Of a stretch of 64,000 nt of DNA, positions 43,033-56,292 are shown piece by piece. Position numbers and translations under genes: made by a program. Every line of letters begins with the position of its first letter. Positions within the stretch are counted from its first letter, which is position 1. The notes under the pieces were generated by a model. The model searched no databases. It was not told where the DNA came from and was given only the letters and a program-made list of their open reading frames with translations. The DNA is from Neocallimastix sp. 'constans' (taxonomy: Eukaryota), in NCBI GenBank assembly GCA_050613775.1, contig JBODTK010000015.1, forward strand, positions 1,178,001-1,242,000, in the 5' to 3' direction.

Positions 43033-43329
43033 ATATAAATTTTATTCTTTATTTTATATAAAGGTTATTATGAATTATATATATATATATATATTTTCAA
43101 TTAAAATTCAAATAAATTTTTTGTTTCCAAAAAAGAAAAAAAAATATTTATACATATTTCTTTCTTTCTTTATTTTATATAAAGATTTATAAATATTAAA
43201 GATTTCTTTTAGAAAAAGGGGGGAAGTATAATATAGGAATTGATTTAAAATAATACCCAACGATGTAGATCATACTCATTCTAATATTTTTAATAATTAA
43301 AAGTAAAGAGTAAGATGAAGTGAAAATTT

Positions 43330-44192
43330 TCGGTTAAAAAAGGAATTACACACAAAGTTATGAACATTATTACGAACGTTCCAACACCATACGAACAAAG
43401 CCATCAACTCAGAAGACAACAGCAATGAATGGAAATTAGCCATCAAAGAAGAACTTTCAAACATGTATAACAATAATGTAATGGAAGTAGTTAATAAGAA
43501 TTTCAAAAAAAAAAAAAAAAAAAAAAAAATGTACACATAATAGATACTAAATGGGTATTCACTGAAAAGGATAAAAACAAAAAAAAAAAAAAAAAAAAGG
43601 CAAGACTAGTCGCTTGTGGTTTCCAGCAAATACCCGAGGCAAGATTTTATTGAAACATATTCACCAACAATTCAAGTCGACAGTCTCAGAGATTAACAAG
43701 TTGCTATATAGCCTCTCTAAATGAATGGAACCTTAAAAACAATTAGATATAAAAAGCTACCTACTTAAATGCAGATTTAGAAGAAAAAAAAATAGATTCG
43801 AAAATACCTTTAGGTGATAAAAAACTATAATAAAAATAAATATTGACTATTAAAGAAGGCTCTATATGGTTTAAAACAAAGATGGTAGAATGTGGTATAA
43901 AAGAAATATCACATTTTCTCATTAGTATTAGAAAATTCAAAATTTGGTTAATGTTGGGGAATATAAATCTCTATTTGGTGCTCTTCTTTATAATTAGTAG
44001 TAAAGTCCAGGGCTGACATATCTTTCGCAGTAAACCAAGCTTCAAGAAATTGTGAAAAATGCAACCGAAGCAAGACTATAGATCATTAATACACATATTA
44101 CAATATTTAAAAGGAACAATTAACAAATCAATAAGTTATAATAAAAGAAACAGATTCATTGGATATTCTGATTTAGATTTTTGCAAGTGATG

Positions 44193-44251
<59 letters not shown>

Positions 44252-44630
44252 AGATTCACTAGCGGTTTTATTTTCTTACTTGGTGATTGGTGATAGTCCA
44301 ATTTCATGGAAATCTCAACAACAAAAAAAAGTGTAACTCTATCCACAGCAGAAGCTGAATTATGTGAGTTTAACTGAATATGCCATACAAAGTATTTGGT
44401 TTAAAAAATTTTATTTAAGGAAGTTTTTATAATAAAGAAATAATAATAAAGAATTATGGTAGATAATAAAGCTTGTATAGCAATAACTCAAGATACAAAT
44501 TCAAAAGGCTGATATAAACATATAGATACTAGATATAAATTTATACAAGAAGAAGAAATAAATAACAATAATATTATATTAGAATATATTAACACCGAAA
44601 ACATGTTAGCCGATCCTCTAACAAAAAGAA
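43330..44630 (+). mobile_element. Degenerate Ty1/copia LTR-retrotransposon pol fragment (RT + RNase H) with an internal deletion; no LTRs recognised
   Basis: YEQAINS..EWKLAIKEEL, IIDTKWVF, KARLVACGFQQ, ETYSPT, QLDIK..YLNADLEE, KKALYGLKQ, GYSD, PISWKSQQQ, LSTAEAE, VDNKACI, KHIDTRYKFI, TENMLADPLTK. Confidence 0.92.
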
Positions 44631-44819
44631 ATTCTCATGGGATTAATGAGAGAAGAAGGGAAAATATAGGGGTCTCTAGTCTTCCCCTTATTAAAATTAA
44701 CTCTCATTGGATTTAAAAGTATTGTCAAGTAATTGTTTTTGTAATAATTATTGGCAAAGAAAAGAAAATATTAATAAAAAAAAAAAATTTTTTTTAATAA
44801 AAAATTGTATAGAATATTA

Positions 44820-44897
<78 letters not shown>

Positions 44898-44953
44898 GCG
44901 TTTTTTATAAAAAAAAAAAAAAGTGAAGGATATTAAATATCAAAAGTACATTT

Positions 44954-44990
<37 letters not shown>

Positions 44991-45272
44991 TAGGGAAGAG
45001 ACAACACTTCCATAAATTTTATTATAAAAAAAAAATACATAAAAGTGAAAAGTACATTTTAAATTTTAAAAAATATAAATAAAAAGTTAAAAAAAAAAAT
45101 AAAATAAAAAAAATAAAAAAAAAATAAAAAAAAAATAAAAAAAAAAAATAAAATAAAAAAAATAAAAAAAAAATAAAAAAAAAAAAAATAAAAAAAAAAA
45201 AAAAGCTCAGAAATTCAATGTATTTCGGAAAGTTGTATACTATTCAGGAATTTTTTTTTTCCTTCCTAACAA

Positions 45273-45309
<37 letters not shown>

Positions 45310-45431
45310 TAAAACCTAAAAGTAATATCTTTAAAATATATTAACATCTTTAAAAAATTAGATGGTGTGATGTCCACTACTAAACTCTCCCCCCCTCCCC
45401 CGGGGATTCAATTATTTATTATTTATTATTC

Positions 45432-45527
45432 CATTATTGATTATTGATTATTGATTATTGATTATTGATTATTGATTATTGATTATTGATTATTGATTAT
45501 TGATTATTGATTATTGATTATTGATTC
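45432..45527. repeat. (ATTGATT)n heptamer array
   Basis: Direct reading; single-base variant of the ATTTATT heptamer. Confidence 0.9.
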
Positions 45528-45559
45528 AATCATTTATTGAACTACTAAGGTGAGGTTCC

Positions 45560-46690
45560 CTCCCCTCCTTCGTAGAAAATAGATGAAGATCCTGTATTTA
45601 TCATTATGCCTTATCCAGTATAAGATGTCGATGCTCTTGATTAAGTTTTGATATATATATATTTTTTTTTTTTACAATACTTATCCAATAAATAAATTGG
45701 TCAAAAAAAAAAAAAAAAAAACGAACTACTATAGGATAGGTATTACGGCGCTTGTTAATGAGAATTCCGCCAAGCCCACAATTTTTTTTTTTTTTTTGGA
45801 AGAGGTGACTCAGATGAACCTTTGAAAAAAAAAAAAGTTACGTAGTTCATTTTAATTATCTCTCTTCCCCCCCCCACTATCGAAAAATGTAGCTCATTTA
45901 AAAGCTAAAGTTCCACCAAGATATATATAATGAATTGATATATATATTCATTAAAAATCAGAAAAATAGAGAGTCGAAGGAAGAAGAAAAGATAAATTAA
46001 CAACTCTAATCTTCCTAAACGAATAAAACATAGAGATTATTGATGAAATTTAAAGAATTCCATTTAAAAAAAAAAAAAAAAAAAAAGATGCAAGAGCATG
46101 ACATTTTAAAAAAATCCAAAAGTTCAAAAAAGATTGATTACCTACACCACTTACAAAGGGGGGGCAAGTCTTGGGACAATCTTCTGAAACTCTACCCATT
46201 CTAAATAGCAATAGTAGTTATTGTATTGATAAACCCACAGCGTAAAAACTATATAATCCACAAAAAAAAACCCTAAAGTTGAATTGGGGGATATTTTTTT
46301 TAAGGTTAAGCATAATTATAGCTTTATTATTTGAGAACTTATTACAATCGTAATTTTGACCTTTAAATACCTTTTGAAATTTGGAAACCGATTTCCAGTA
46401 ACATTCTAAAAATATCATCATATATATATTTTTTATACATTTATATATATATTTTTTTTTTTTTTTTTGATTTTTGTTGTATAAAAGTTTCTAGATTCTT
46501 TAGTCCAAAGAATAATAAGGCATTTTGGGAATAGCTTTAATAAGATTTCTTTATAATAATACCGCTTGATTTAATCCATTTTGCAAATGATTTTAATCTG
46601 TAAGACTAGCGCAGACACCAGCAATAGGAGGGAAGGTTAGATCTCGAGATCGAGATAAAGCATAAGTACTCATAGTAGAATTATGAGTAG
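45560..46690 (-). mobile_element. Heavily decayed second LINE ORF2 C-terminal fragment (divergent relative of 35172..36000)
   Basis: Minus-strand pieces SRDLTFPPIAGVCAS, WTKESR, YDCNKF, LRCGF, RVSEDCPKTCP, VGLAEF are colinear with FYDKNKF, LRARSGY, IIDQMCPNFCP, VVTAAL of the other fragment. Confidence 0.7.
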
Positions 46691-47014
46691 TCTAATGTAG
46701 TCGTTTTTTTTTTTTTTTTTTTCTGAATTTGTTTTTTACTATTTTTAGAGAAGGAACCGATACACCAAAATAAACCGGTATTAATTAATGTTTGAATTCT
46801 ATCTGTTCTATATTTATTTGAATCAAGTAGAGAGGAGAATAATAAAATAACTTTACTCATAACAAAGGATTGGAGAATAATAAAATAACTTTTTCTAACT
46901 TTTAAAATGCATGTTGTGAGATATAATGTGTTCTAATAAGAGATCATCTGAAAAAAAAAGGACTACCTAGATAAATATAACTAGAAACTCTAGGAATAGC
47001 ATTCATTTTACAGA

Positions 47015-47051
<37 letters not shown>

Positions 47052-47214
47052 CATCAAATTTAGATTCAAGACAAGATGACTTAAAAAGCCTTAATCCATC
47101 GATCGATCGATCGATCAATGGATAAGGCTTTTAAGTAAGAAAAAAAAATATGGTGGATAGGAAAATAGGAAAATGGGAAAATAAGAAAAAAATAAGAAAA
47201 AATAAGAAAAATAG

Positions 47215-47254
<40 letters not shown>

Positions 47255-47372
47255 TATTATAATAAAAAATAAATTCCAACACATAGACAATAACTCAAAA
47301 AAAAAAAAAAAAAAAAAAAAAGGATGGTACTAATTTTTTATTATTATTATTATTAAAAAGTCATTTTTTAAA

Positions 47373-47403
<31 letters not shown>

Positions 47404-47591
47404 TTTTTTTTTATTTATTTATTTTATTATTATTAAAAAGTCTTTTTTAATTTTTATTTTATTGTATTTTTATTATTATTATTATTATTATTATTAATAA
47501 GTCGTTTTATATATATATATATATATATATTAAGTCGTTTTTTTTTTTTTTTATTATTATTATAAAATCGTTTTTTTTTATTATAAAGTCG

Positions 47592-47623
<32 letters not shown>

Positions 47624-48225
47624 TAATTGTTTGTTTTTCCTCTTTTATTTTTTATTTTATTTTTATTTTTATTTTTATTTTTTTTTTTTTTTTTTTTTTT
47701 AATTTTTTTTTATTTTATTTTATTATATTTTAATTAAAATAAAATAAAATATTAAATATATATATATATAAAAATTATATTTATTATATATATATTTAAA
47801 AAAAAAAAATAAAATAAAAAAAAAATTTAATAAAAAATAAAATAAAATAAAAAATTCAAACAAACATTTGTCGTTTTGTATATAAATAAAAATAAATTAA
47901 TTTATAGGTGAGTCCGTTTATCTTTAATAATAATAATATCTTTAATAATAATAATATCTTTAATAATAATAATAATGATAATGATAAAAATTTAAAACAT
48001 AAAATTATTATTATTATTATTATTAATTATTATTAATTATTATTATTATTATTATTATTTATAATAACATTTAAATTTGCTTTAATATTTTTTTTTTGAT
48101 TTTGATTTTAATTTTATGTATATTACTATATATTATTTTGTTATTACTATTACTATTATTTTTGATATGATAATGATGATGATGATCTGTCTTTAGTTAA
48201 AGTCGGTTTTTTTTTTTTTTTTTTA

Positions 48226-48260
<35 letters not shown>

Positions 48261-48434
48261 GGTAGTTCTATATATATATATTACCTTTTTATTTTTATTT
48301 TTATTTTTATTTTTTTTTTTTTTTAATTTGAAAAAAGTAGGGTTAAATTATGATCTCCAACTCCTACTATTTTTTTTTTTTTTTTTTTTTTTTTTTTATT
48401 TTTTCTTACAATAAAGAATGAAATAAAAAATATA

Positions 48435-48480
<46 letters not shown>

Positions 48481-48865
48481 ATTAAAAATTAAAAATAAAA
48501 AATAAAAATAAAAAAAAATAATAATTATATTAATAATAATGAAATTATTATTATAATTATTTTTATATTTATAATTTTATATTTATTATTTTTATATTTA
48601 TTAATCATTCCTTTATTAGCTTTGAAATAAAAATAAAAAGTAAAAATAAAAAAAAAAAAAATAAACTTTTTTTTTTTTTAAACTTTAACTTTTTACTTCT
48701 TTATATATATCATTTAATAAAAAAAATAAATATAAAAAAAAAAAAAAAAGAATAATTTCTTCTAAAGAACATTCATTAGATGAAATTATTTAAATATATA
48801 TATTATATATATTATATAATTATATATTGTATAAGTTTTGATTTATCATTGTATTAAAAAGAATA

Positions 48866-48900
<35 letters not shown>

Positions 48901-50767
48901 TAAATCATGAATTATATTTTGTATAATTATAAAAGTATCCATAATATACTTTTATATTTATATATACACTTATATAGAATATATATATAAGATATATAAA
49001 AGAAAAAATTTAAAAAAAAAAAAAAAATTAATATTAAAATAAAAGGAAAAATAAAATAAAAATAGAAAAAAAAATTTTTTTTTATTTTATTTTTGCCTTT
49101 TATAGTATATATAAATTATATATTATATATATTATAAATTTTATATACTTTATATATATTTTATATATATATAATTTTTTTTTTTTTTAATTTTTTTTTT
49201 TTTTTTTTTTTGATCATTTTTGTTAAATTTCCTTTTATGTTAAAATTTAATTAAATTTATTAAATAAAACAAAAAGAAAAAAAATTAAAAAAAAATTTTT
49301 TTTCCTTATAAATAAATTAATATTTTATTTATTATTATTATTTATTATTATTTATTATTTATTTTATTTATTATTATTTTTTATTTTATTTATTATTTTT
49401 TAATTTTTTACTTTAAAATATTTTTTATTGTTAAAAATATTTAGTAAAAAATAAAATAAAAAATAAAATAAAAATAAAAAAACAAAAAATAAATAAAAAT
49501 AAAAATAAAATAAATAAAAATAAAATAAAATTTAAAAAAAAAAAAAACATATTTGTTCTTTCTTTTTTTTTTATCATTATTATTAATTGTTTAAATAATT
49601 TTTATTTAAATTAATAATTGTTTTCTTTCTTTCTTTTTTTAGTTGTTTGTATGATTGTTAGATAAAATTTTGGATGATGAAAAGAAAAAAAAAAGAAAGA
49701 ATGTTAATAAAAAAATATTATTTTTGGATATATAAAATTAAGCTAATATTTTAAAATTAATAAATATTTATTAAAATGGTTTTTAAATAAATAGAAAAAA
49801 AAAAAAGAAAAAAAAATTTTTTTTCTTCTTTTCAAATTTATATTTATATATATATTAATAATTAACAGAATAAAAATTTTAAATAATTAAAATTTTTTTC
49901 TAATATTTCTTAATAAAAAAAAAATTATATACATATATATATATATATTTAATTATTTTTCAACTATATACTTTTTAAATTTATATATTATATATATATA
50001 TTTGTATTTTTTTTTTTTTTTATTTTAATTTTGTCCTATTTATAATTTTTTTTATAATATATGATATATACTAATTGTCTTGTTATTTTATAATATATAA
50101 TATATATAATATATATTATTATATTAATTTTTTTTAATAATAATTAAAAAAAAAAAAAAAAAACAGATATACCGTTTTTTTTTTTTTTTTTCTTCTGTCT
50201 TGTTTTTGTTTTATTTTATTTTTACATATAAATAAATATGTTTTGATTTGGTTTAATTAAATTTAATTTAATTTAATTAGTTTTGCTTTAATTTATTTAT
50301 TTTTTTAATTGTTTGGTTTGTTATTTAATTTGAGTTTTATTATTTATTTAAATAATGTTTTCGATTTTGTTGCTATTTTTTTTTTTTTTCTTTTTTTTCG
50401 TGTTTTATTTTATTGTTTGTTTGTTTCTGAAAAGTGCGCAAAAAAAATATTTCGAGATTACCTTGCTTAAAAGTGAAATCAAACGAAATGTATTTTTATT
50501 TTATTTTATTATATATTTTATTATATATTTTTATTTTAATTTTAATTTTAAAAATATATTAATAAAATATTATTTTTATTTATTATTTATTTAACAATTA
50601 TTTTACCTTATTTTTTTTTTATCATTATTGATTTTTTTTAAAAAAAAAATAAAATAAAATAATAATAAAAAATAAATAAATATATCTATTTTTTTTTAAA
50701 CATTTATTTTCCATTAAATAATTTATTTTAGTAGTATTAGTTAAATCAATACCAGAATCAATTTAAT

Positions 50768-53035
50768 TTAATAAACTTCCTTTTGCATTTTGATTTCATC
50801 ATCATCTTCAAAATTATGAAGAGTTAAAGAAAGGGATTCATTTAAAATACTACTATTTAAAAAAGTCATTGTATTACTAAAGAGGTCATCCTCTTCAGAA
50901 GAAGAAGAAATAGAAATTTTTGCATTATTTAATAAGAAATTGGACATACTTTTTGGAATAATGCTATCACCACTCTTTTCATCCACTAAAAGAAAAGATT
51001 TAGTAAGAGAAAACGAATTTTCATGAACATTTTTATTATCAATTCTATTCTCTACTTCACCATCATATTTATCAATATCCAATAAAAATGAAAAATCAGT
51101 AAGATCACCTACTTCATAGTCATGATGTTTTTCTTTTTCTTTTTCTTCCTCTTCATCACATTGGAAACTAACATCACGACTATTGATTTCATCGAAAATC
51201 ATAAAGGATGATTCACTATTACCGTGACTATCTTCACCCTTTAAAGTTACATCTGAGAGATAACCTTCATCAGAAAGATTATTATTGAATGATGGTTCAT
51301 CCTCTATGTCTTCATTATATAATGTACCTCCTGAAATTCTTTTTCTTTCCTTCTTATCATGTAGCAGTTCATTTTCAATTATTTTAGAAATGGAAGTAGA
51401 GGAAAATTCTGAAGTCATTTCTTGTAACTGTTTTTCACTTTCAACATCATCCTCAATCACTCCTTTTTCTTCTTCATTCTCATTATAATCTTCTTCTTCT
51501 TCTTCACTTTCACTTTCATCCTCTTCATCATATTCTTCTTCTTCTTCTTCCTCATCATCATATTCATTTTCATCGTATTCACCTTCATCATATTCAGCTT
51601 CTGGATCAACATAAATTTCTGTTGGTAAATCAGTTGGTGATCTAATCATTGGAAGATTAGTACAGTTAAGTACAGGGGTGACAGGAAATGTATTATAGTT
51701 TATTGGATTATATTGAGAATACATTGGAATCATAAATCCATTTTGTCCCATAACTATTCTAACATCATTATTATGATTAATCATTTCATGAAGTTCATCC
51801 AAACTAACTCCTTTTTCCATTTGAATCTTACCAATAGCAACATTATCATCATCATCCTCGTCTTCATCTTCCTCTTCTTCGTCTACATCAACTTCTTCTT
51901 CTTCTTCATCAAATTCTTCTTCTTCATCAAATTCTCCTTCTCCTTCTTCATCTTCAAATTCTTCTTCTTCATCCTCATCCCTATTTAATTGTTCTTCTGG
52001 TATATACTCCTTATTAAAGATAAGACATAATTCCTTATTAATATTTTTGATTGGTTTCAACTTCATTCTTTCAGATTCTTTATGATCAGATAAGTATTGA
52101 TTAACCTTTGATCCGGCAGCACTAGCAGGAATAGATGGTAAGGCTTCATATTCACTAAATTCAAGTAATGGCTTTTTCATTAGTCTCTTTCTACGCTTTG
52201 GAGCAGCAAATGGCTTAGTATTACCAAATATTTCATAATATTTAGCCTGTCTTCTCATTCTTAATTCAATTAAATTTCCTTCTTTTGGTTGATCAATAGT
52301 ATTGATAGGTTTTGGTACACGTTTTCTGAAAGAAATTCTTCTCTTTAATTTTGGTGTATTAATTTCACGAAGTTCTGCATAGGTACTTCTGAAAGAAGTT
52401 ATTAAATTAACAATCATGGTACTTCTTCTCAAAGAACGTTGAACATAATAAGAATGTTTTGTAAAGGATTGAGTATACATATTTTCAATGACAGGCATGG
52501 GTATATTAATATTCTTTAAATTAATACTTGTTATTTTCTTTGCTTTTGAATTTGATTTCATTTGAGTTTTATTAGAACCTCTTAGGGTAGCTTTTTTTGA
52601 GATAGAATTATGTTTTGTAGTTAATTTTTTGGTTAATGAAGAGAGAAAACCTTTTGGAGATTTACTCTTTCTCACTACCAAGGTCATTGTGGTAGATGGA
52701 GTCTTGGCAGATTTTGTTCTTCCTAATTCTTCTTCTTCTTCACCATAAATAGAATCAGCTGTAAATGAATACTTCAAATTTGATGCTATATGTTGGTATC
52801 CATAATAAGTTTTTGGTTTTCTTTGATACATTATATTAGAATTACTTTTTAATGGATTTCCAATTTGTTTAATATCACTTCCAGGATTAATCATGATATT
52901 TTCTTCTCTTCTATTTATTAAGTTTAATTTTTCATTACCCTTAAATATCATTCCTTCCGTAATAAGATCTTCATTGCACTTTTCATTAGATAAATAACTT
53001 AAACGTTTTCCATTAAAACTCTTCATCTTGACCAT
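50768..53035 (-). CDS. Hypothetical 755-aa protein; basic N-terminal half, highly acidic (poly-E/D) C-terminal half; probably largely disordered
   Basis: Long single ORF with coding-like GC content; K/R clusters (KLKRR, PKRRKRL); E/D tracts; no recognised domain. Confidence 0.8.
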   Translation of the reverse strand: MVKMKSFNGKRLSYLSNEKCNEDLITEGMIFKGNEKLNLINRREENIMINPGSDIKQIGNPLKSNSNIMYQRKPKTYYGYQHIASNLKYSFTADSIYGEEEEELGRTKSAKTPSTTMTLVVRKSKSPKGFLSSLTKKLTTKHNSISKKATLRGSNKTQMKSNSKAKKITSINLKNINIPMPVIENMYTQSFTKHSYYVQRSLRRSTMIVNLITSFRSTYAELREINTPKLKRRISFRKRVPKPINTIDQPKEGNLIELRMRRQAKYYEIFGNTKPFAAPKRRKRLMKKPLLEFSEYEALPSIPASAAGSKVNQYLSDHKESERMKLKPIKNINKELCLIFNKEYIPEEQLNRDEDEEEEFEDEEGEGEFDEEEEFDEEEEEVDVDEEEEDEDEDDDDNVAIGKIQMEKGVSLDELHEMINHNNDVRIVMGQNGFMIPMYSQYNPINYNTFPVTPVLNCTNLPMIRSPTDLPTEIYVDPEAEYDEGEYDENEYDDEEEEEEEYDEEDESESEEEEEDYNENEEEKGVIEDDVESEKQLQEMTSEFSSTSISKIIENELLHDKKERKRISGGTLYNEDIEDEPSFNNNLSDEGYLSDVTLKGEDSHGNSESSFMIFDEINSRDVSFQCDEEEEKEKEKHHDYEVGDLTDFSFLLDIDKYDGEVENRIDNKNVHENSFSLTKSFLLVDEKSGDSIIPKSMSNFLLNNAKISISSSSEEDDLFSNTMTFLNSSILNESLSLTLHNFEDDDEIKMQKEVY

Positions 53036-54503
53036 TTTGATATATATCTATATTAAATAAATAATTAATTTCTTTTTTTTTTATATAAAAAAATTATTAT
53101 TAGCTTTTCCTTTCTTCTTTTCTTATAAAAATGTGTAAATATGAATATGTATGTATGATTTGTTTGAATATGTGTACAGGTATATTTTTTATTTAATGTC
53201 TTTTTAATTTTATATTCAATTTAAATTTAATTAATAGTTTTTATTTCTTTTTTTTTTTAAAAATATAAATTGTCCTATTTTTTGTTTTTACTGTTCTTTA
53301 ACAAAAATTGTTCCTTCTTTAAAAAAAAAATATATTAAAAAATATCACTTAAATAAAATTTCTATAATAATTATGCATGCGTTATTAAAAACTGATAAAT
53401 TATGAAATTTTTTATTAAAAAAATTATGAAAAAAGTTCTTTTTTCTTCTTTCTTTCTTTAATAAAAATTATAATATTTTTTATAGGAATAAAATATGATA
53501 ATATATATATATTTTTTTTGTTTTTTTGTTTTTTTGTTTTTTATTCTTTACTTTTAAGTTATAGGTTAATATAATATATGATATGAATATAATATATAAA
53601 ATAATAATAAAAAGTATTTATCTTCTTTTTTAACTAAAAAAATAAGATATTTGTATGAATTACTACCAACTTAAATAAAATAAACCCTAGCTTTAAATGC
53701 TTTTTTCTTTTTACTTTTTTTTTTCTTTTTATGTGTGTTTCTCTTATCCTAATAAATACTTATTTTATACATTTGATAATATATATTATGTACTTATAAT
53801 AAAAATATACACTATTTTAGAGTTTGAATAGAAAAAAAACTATTATTTTATTGTATTACTAATTATGCGTCAATTCTTAAATAATTATGCTCTTTTTTTT
53901 GTTTGTTTTGTTTTAAAAAAATTATTAATATTATTATTACACTACTAATAATTTTCTATAGATAATACATTAATACTGCATATTTGAAAATAAGTTAAAT
54001 TTTTTTTCTGTTTTTTTTTAGGTATATGTTTATTGTGTATAAATTTTTTACTTTGTTAAAAAAAAAAAAGTTTTTCGTTTTTAATTTCTTTAAAATATAA
54101 TATAAAACATGACTTTTTTTTTATATATTAATTTTTTTTTTTTATTATTATTGTTTAAAAAACAAAAATCAATTAATCTTTTTTATTTATTTATTTTATA
54201 TTATAATTTTTCTCTTTTTTTTTTTTTTTTCTTTTTTCCCCCTTTTAATACTATTAAAAACTATAGAAATAATAGTTTTTAAGATGTATTAAACTTTTTT
54301 TTTTTTTTCTTTTCTTCTTTTTTTTTATTTATCTAAAAGTTTTATTGATTTTCTTTTATTTAAAAAAAAAAAAAGAATAAAACTTTTATATATATCTTTT
54401 ATATGAGAAAAATAATAAAATTTAAATAATTAAATAAAAAAAAAAAAAATTGTTTTTTATTGATTTAATTTCAAACGAAAAATAGATATTTATTTTCGTC
54501 TTG

Positions 54504-54540
<37 letters not shown>

Positions 54541-56292
54541 CAAATATGTCTACGTTAATTAAAACAAAATATTTAAATACTAATAAAAAAAAAAAAAAAA
54601 CTATATAATTTTCTTCTTTTTTATTTTAATTTTTTTTTTTTTATTTTCGAAAAGAAAATTAAATCCTTTTTATATGAAAAATTTTTTAATCCTCATTATT
54701 TAATTTAATTATTAATATTTTCATTTAATTATTATTTTTTGTCGATAATATAAAAAAAAAAATTTTTTATTAAAACTTGATACATACATAATTATTTTAT
54801 TGATTTATTTATATATTTATTTATATTTTTATTTGTAATTTATTTATTATTTATGTATTATTTATTTATTTATTATTTGTTTATTTATTTATTTTATCAT
54901 TAATTAAAATATTTATTTATTTCATTAATTTACTTATTAATTATTAAAATATAAATCGATTAATTATCTAATACTAAATAATTATTATGTAATATTTTAT
55001 TCCTTTGTTTTATTTATAAACTTTGAAATAAATAAAATTTAATTTTAATAATTAATATAATTATTATATATCTTCAATTATTTATTTATTATTTATTTAT
55101 TATGTATTTATTATTTATTTATTATTTATTTATTATTTATTTATTATTTTTATTATTTATTTATTATTTATTTATTTTATTATTCAAATCCTATATTCAT
55201 TGCCATTTTTGAAGTGGAATGTTTATATTAAATTCTTCACCATTTATTTCAGTCTATTCCAATATACACATTAATACATTAATATTAGGGATTAAGGTTA
55301 ACTACCGTTTATTTAAGCTATGACTATAATAATATACAATATAATATAACAGAGTCGAATCTAATTGAATATATCATTCAAGAGTTTATATTAATTGATT
55401 TAACTATATTTTATATAAGTACCAATATTAATAATTTAAATATTATTAGTTATTTATTTATTGATTTATTTATTTATCTATTTATTTATTTTTATATATT
55501 TATTTATATATATACATTTTATTTTTATTCATTCATAGATTTAATTATTTATATATTTATTATTATATATTGTTAATATAATATTTATATTTACATTTAA
55601 TTTATTTATGAATATATCATTATATTAACCTATCCATAAGAAGTCTATTCTCTATATATTAAATTTATAGTTATCATTATATAAATATTTAATTTAAATA
55701 GATGAATTATTTACATGGCACAAAAATAACTTTAATGAATAGAAATTAAACTTTTTCCTTTGATAATAAATAAGGTTTGACTCTTTAAAAAAAAAAAAAT
55801 TTATGATATATACTATATTAAATTAGATGTAGAAAAAAAATTAAATAAATTTCAATAGAGTTTTATATTAGAAATTAAATAGATTTCCATTTTATTTATT
55901 TATTTATTTATATATTCAAATAAATTAAAAAAAAAGGCAATCACTCTATTATTATTTCAATTGGCCTATACATTGTAATACACTCTAATATATTATGAAC
56001 TAATCTCAAAAAAAAAATTTTTTTTAATATTCGATGTTTAAGCATATATTATAAATTAATTAATTATTTATTATTTATTATCATACATTATATATTAAAT
56101 AATATATTAAATTAATAATACTAGTATCATAATAATATATTAAACAAATTTTTGTTTATATTGAAATCCATATAATACAATAAATAATCCATCATCAATT
56201 TAAAAAAAAGAATTGTAGAGCCACCAAATGTTCATTTACTTGAAATGAAGATTTATTAGTTTTTTTTAAAGACTAACGAATGAGGATTTAAT

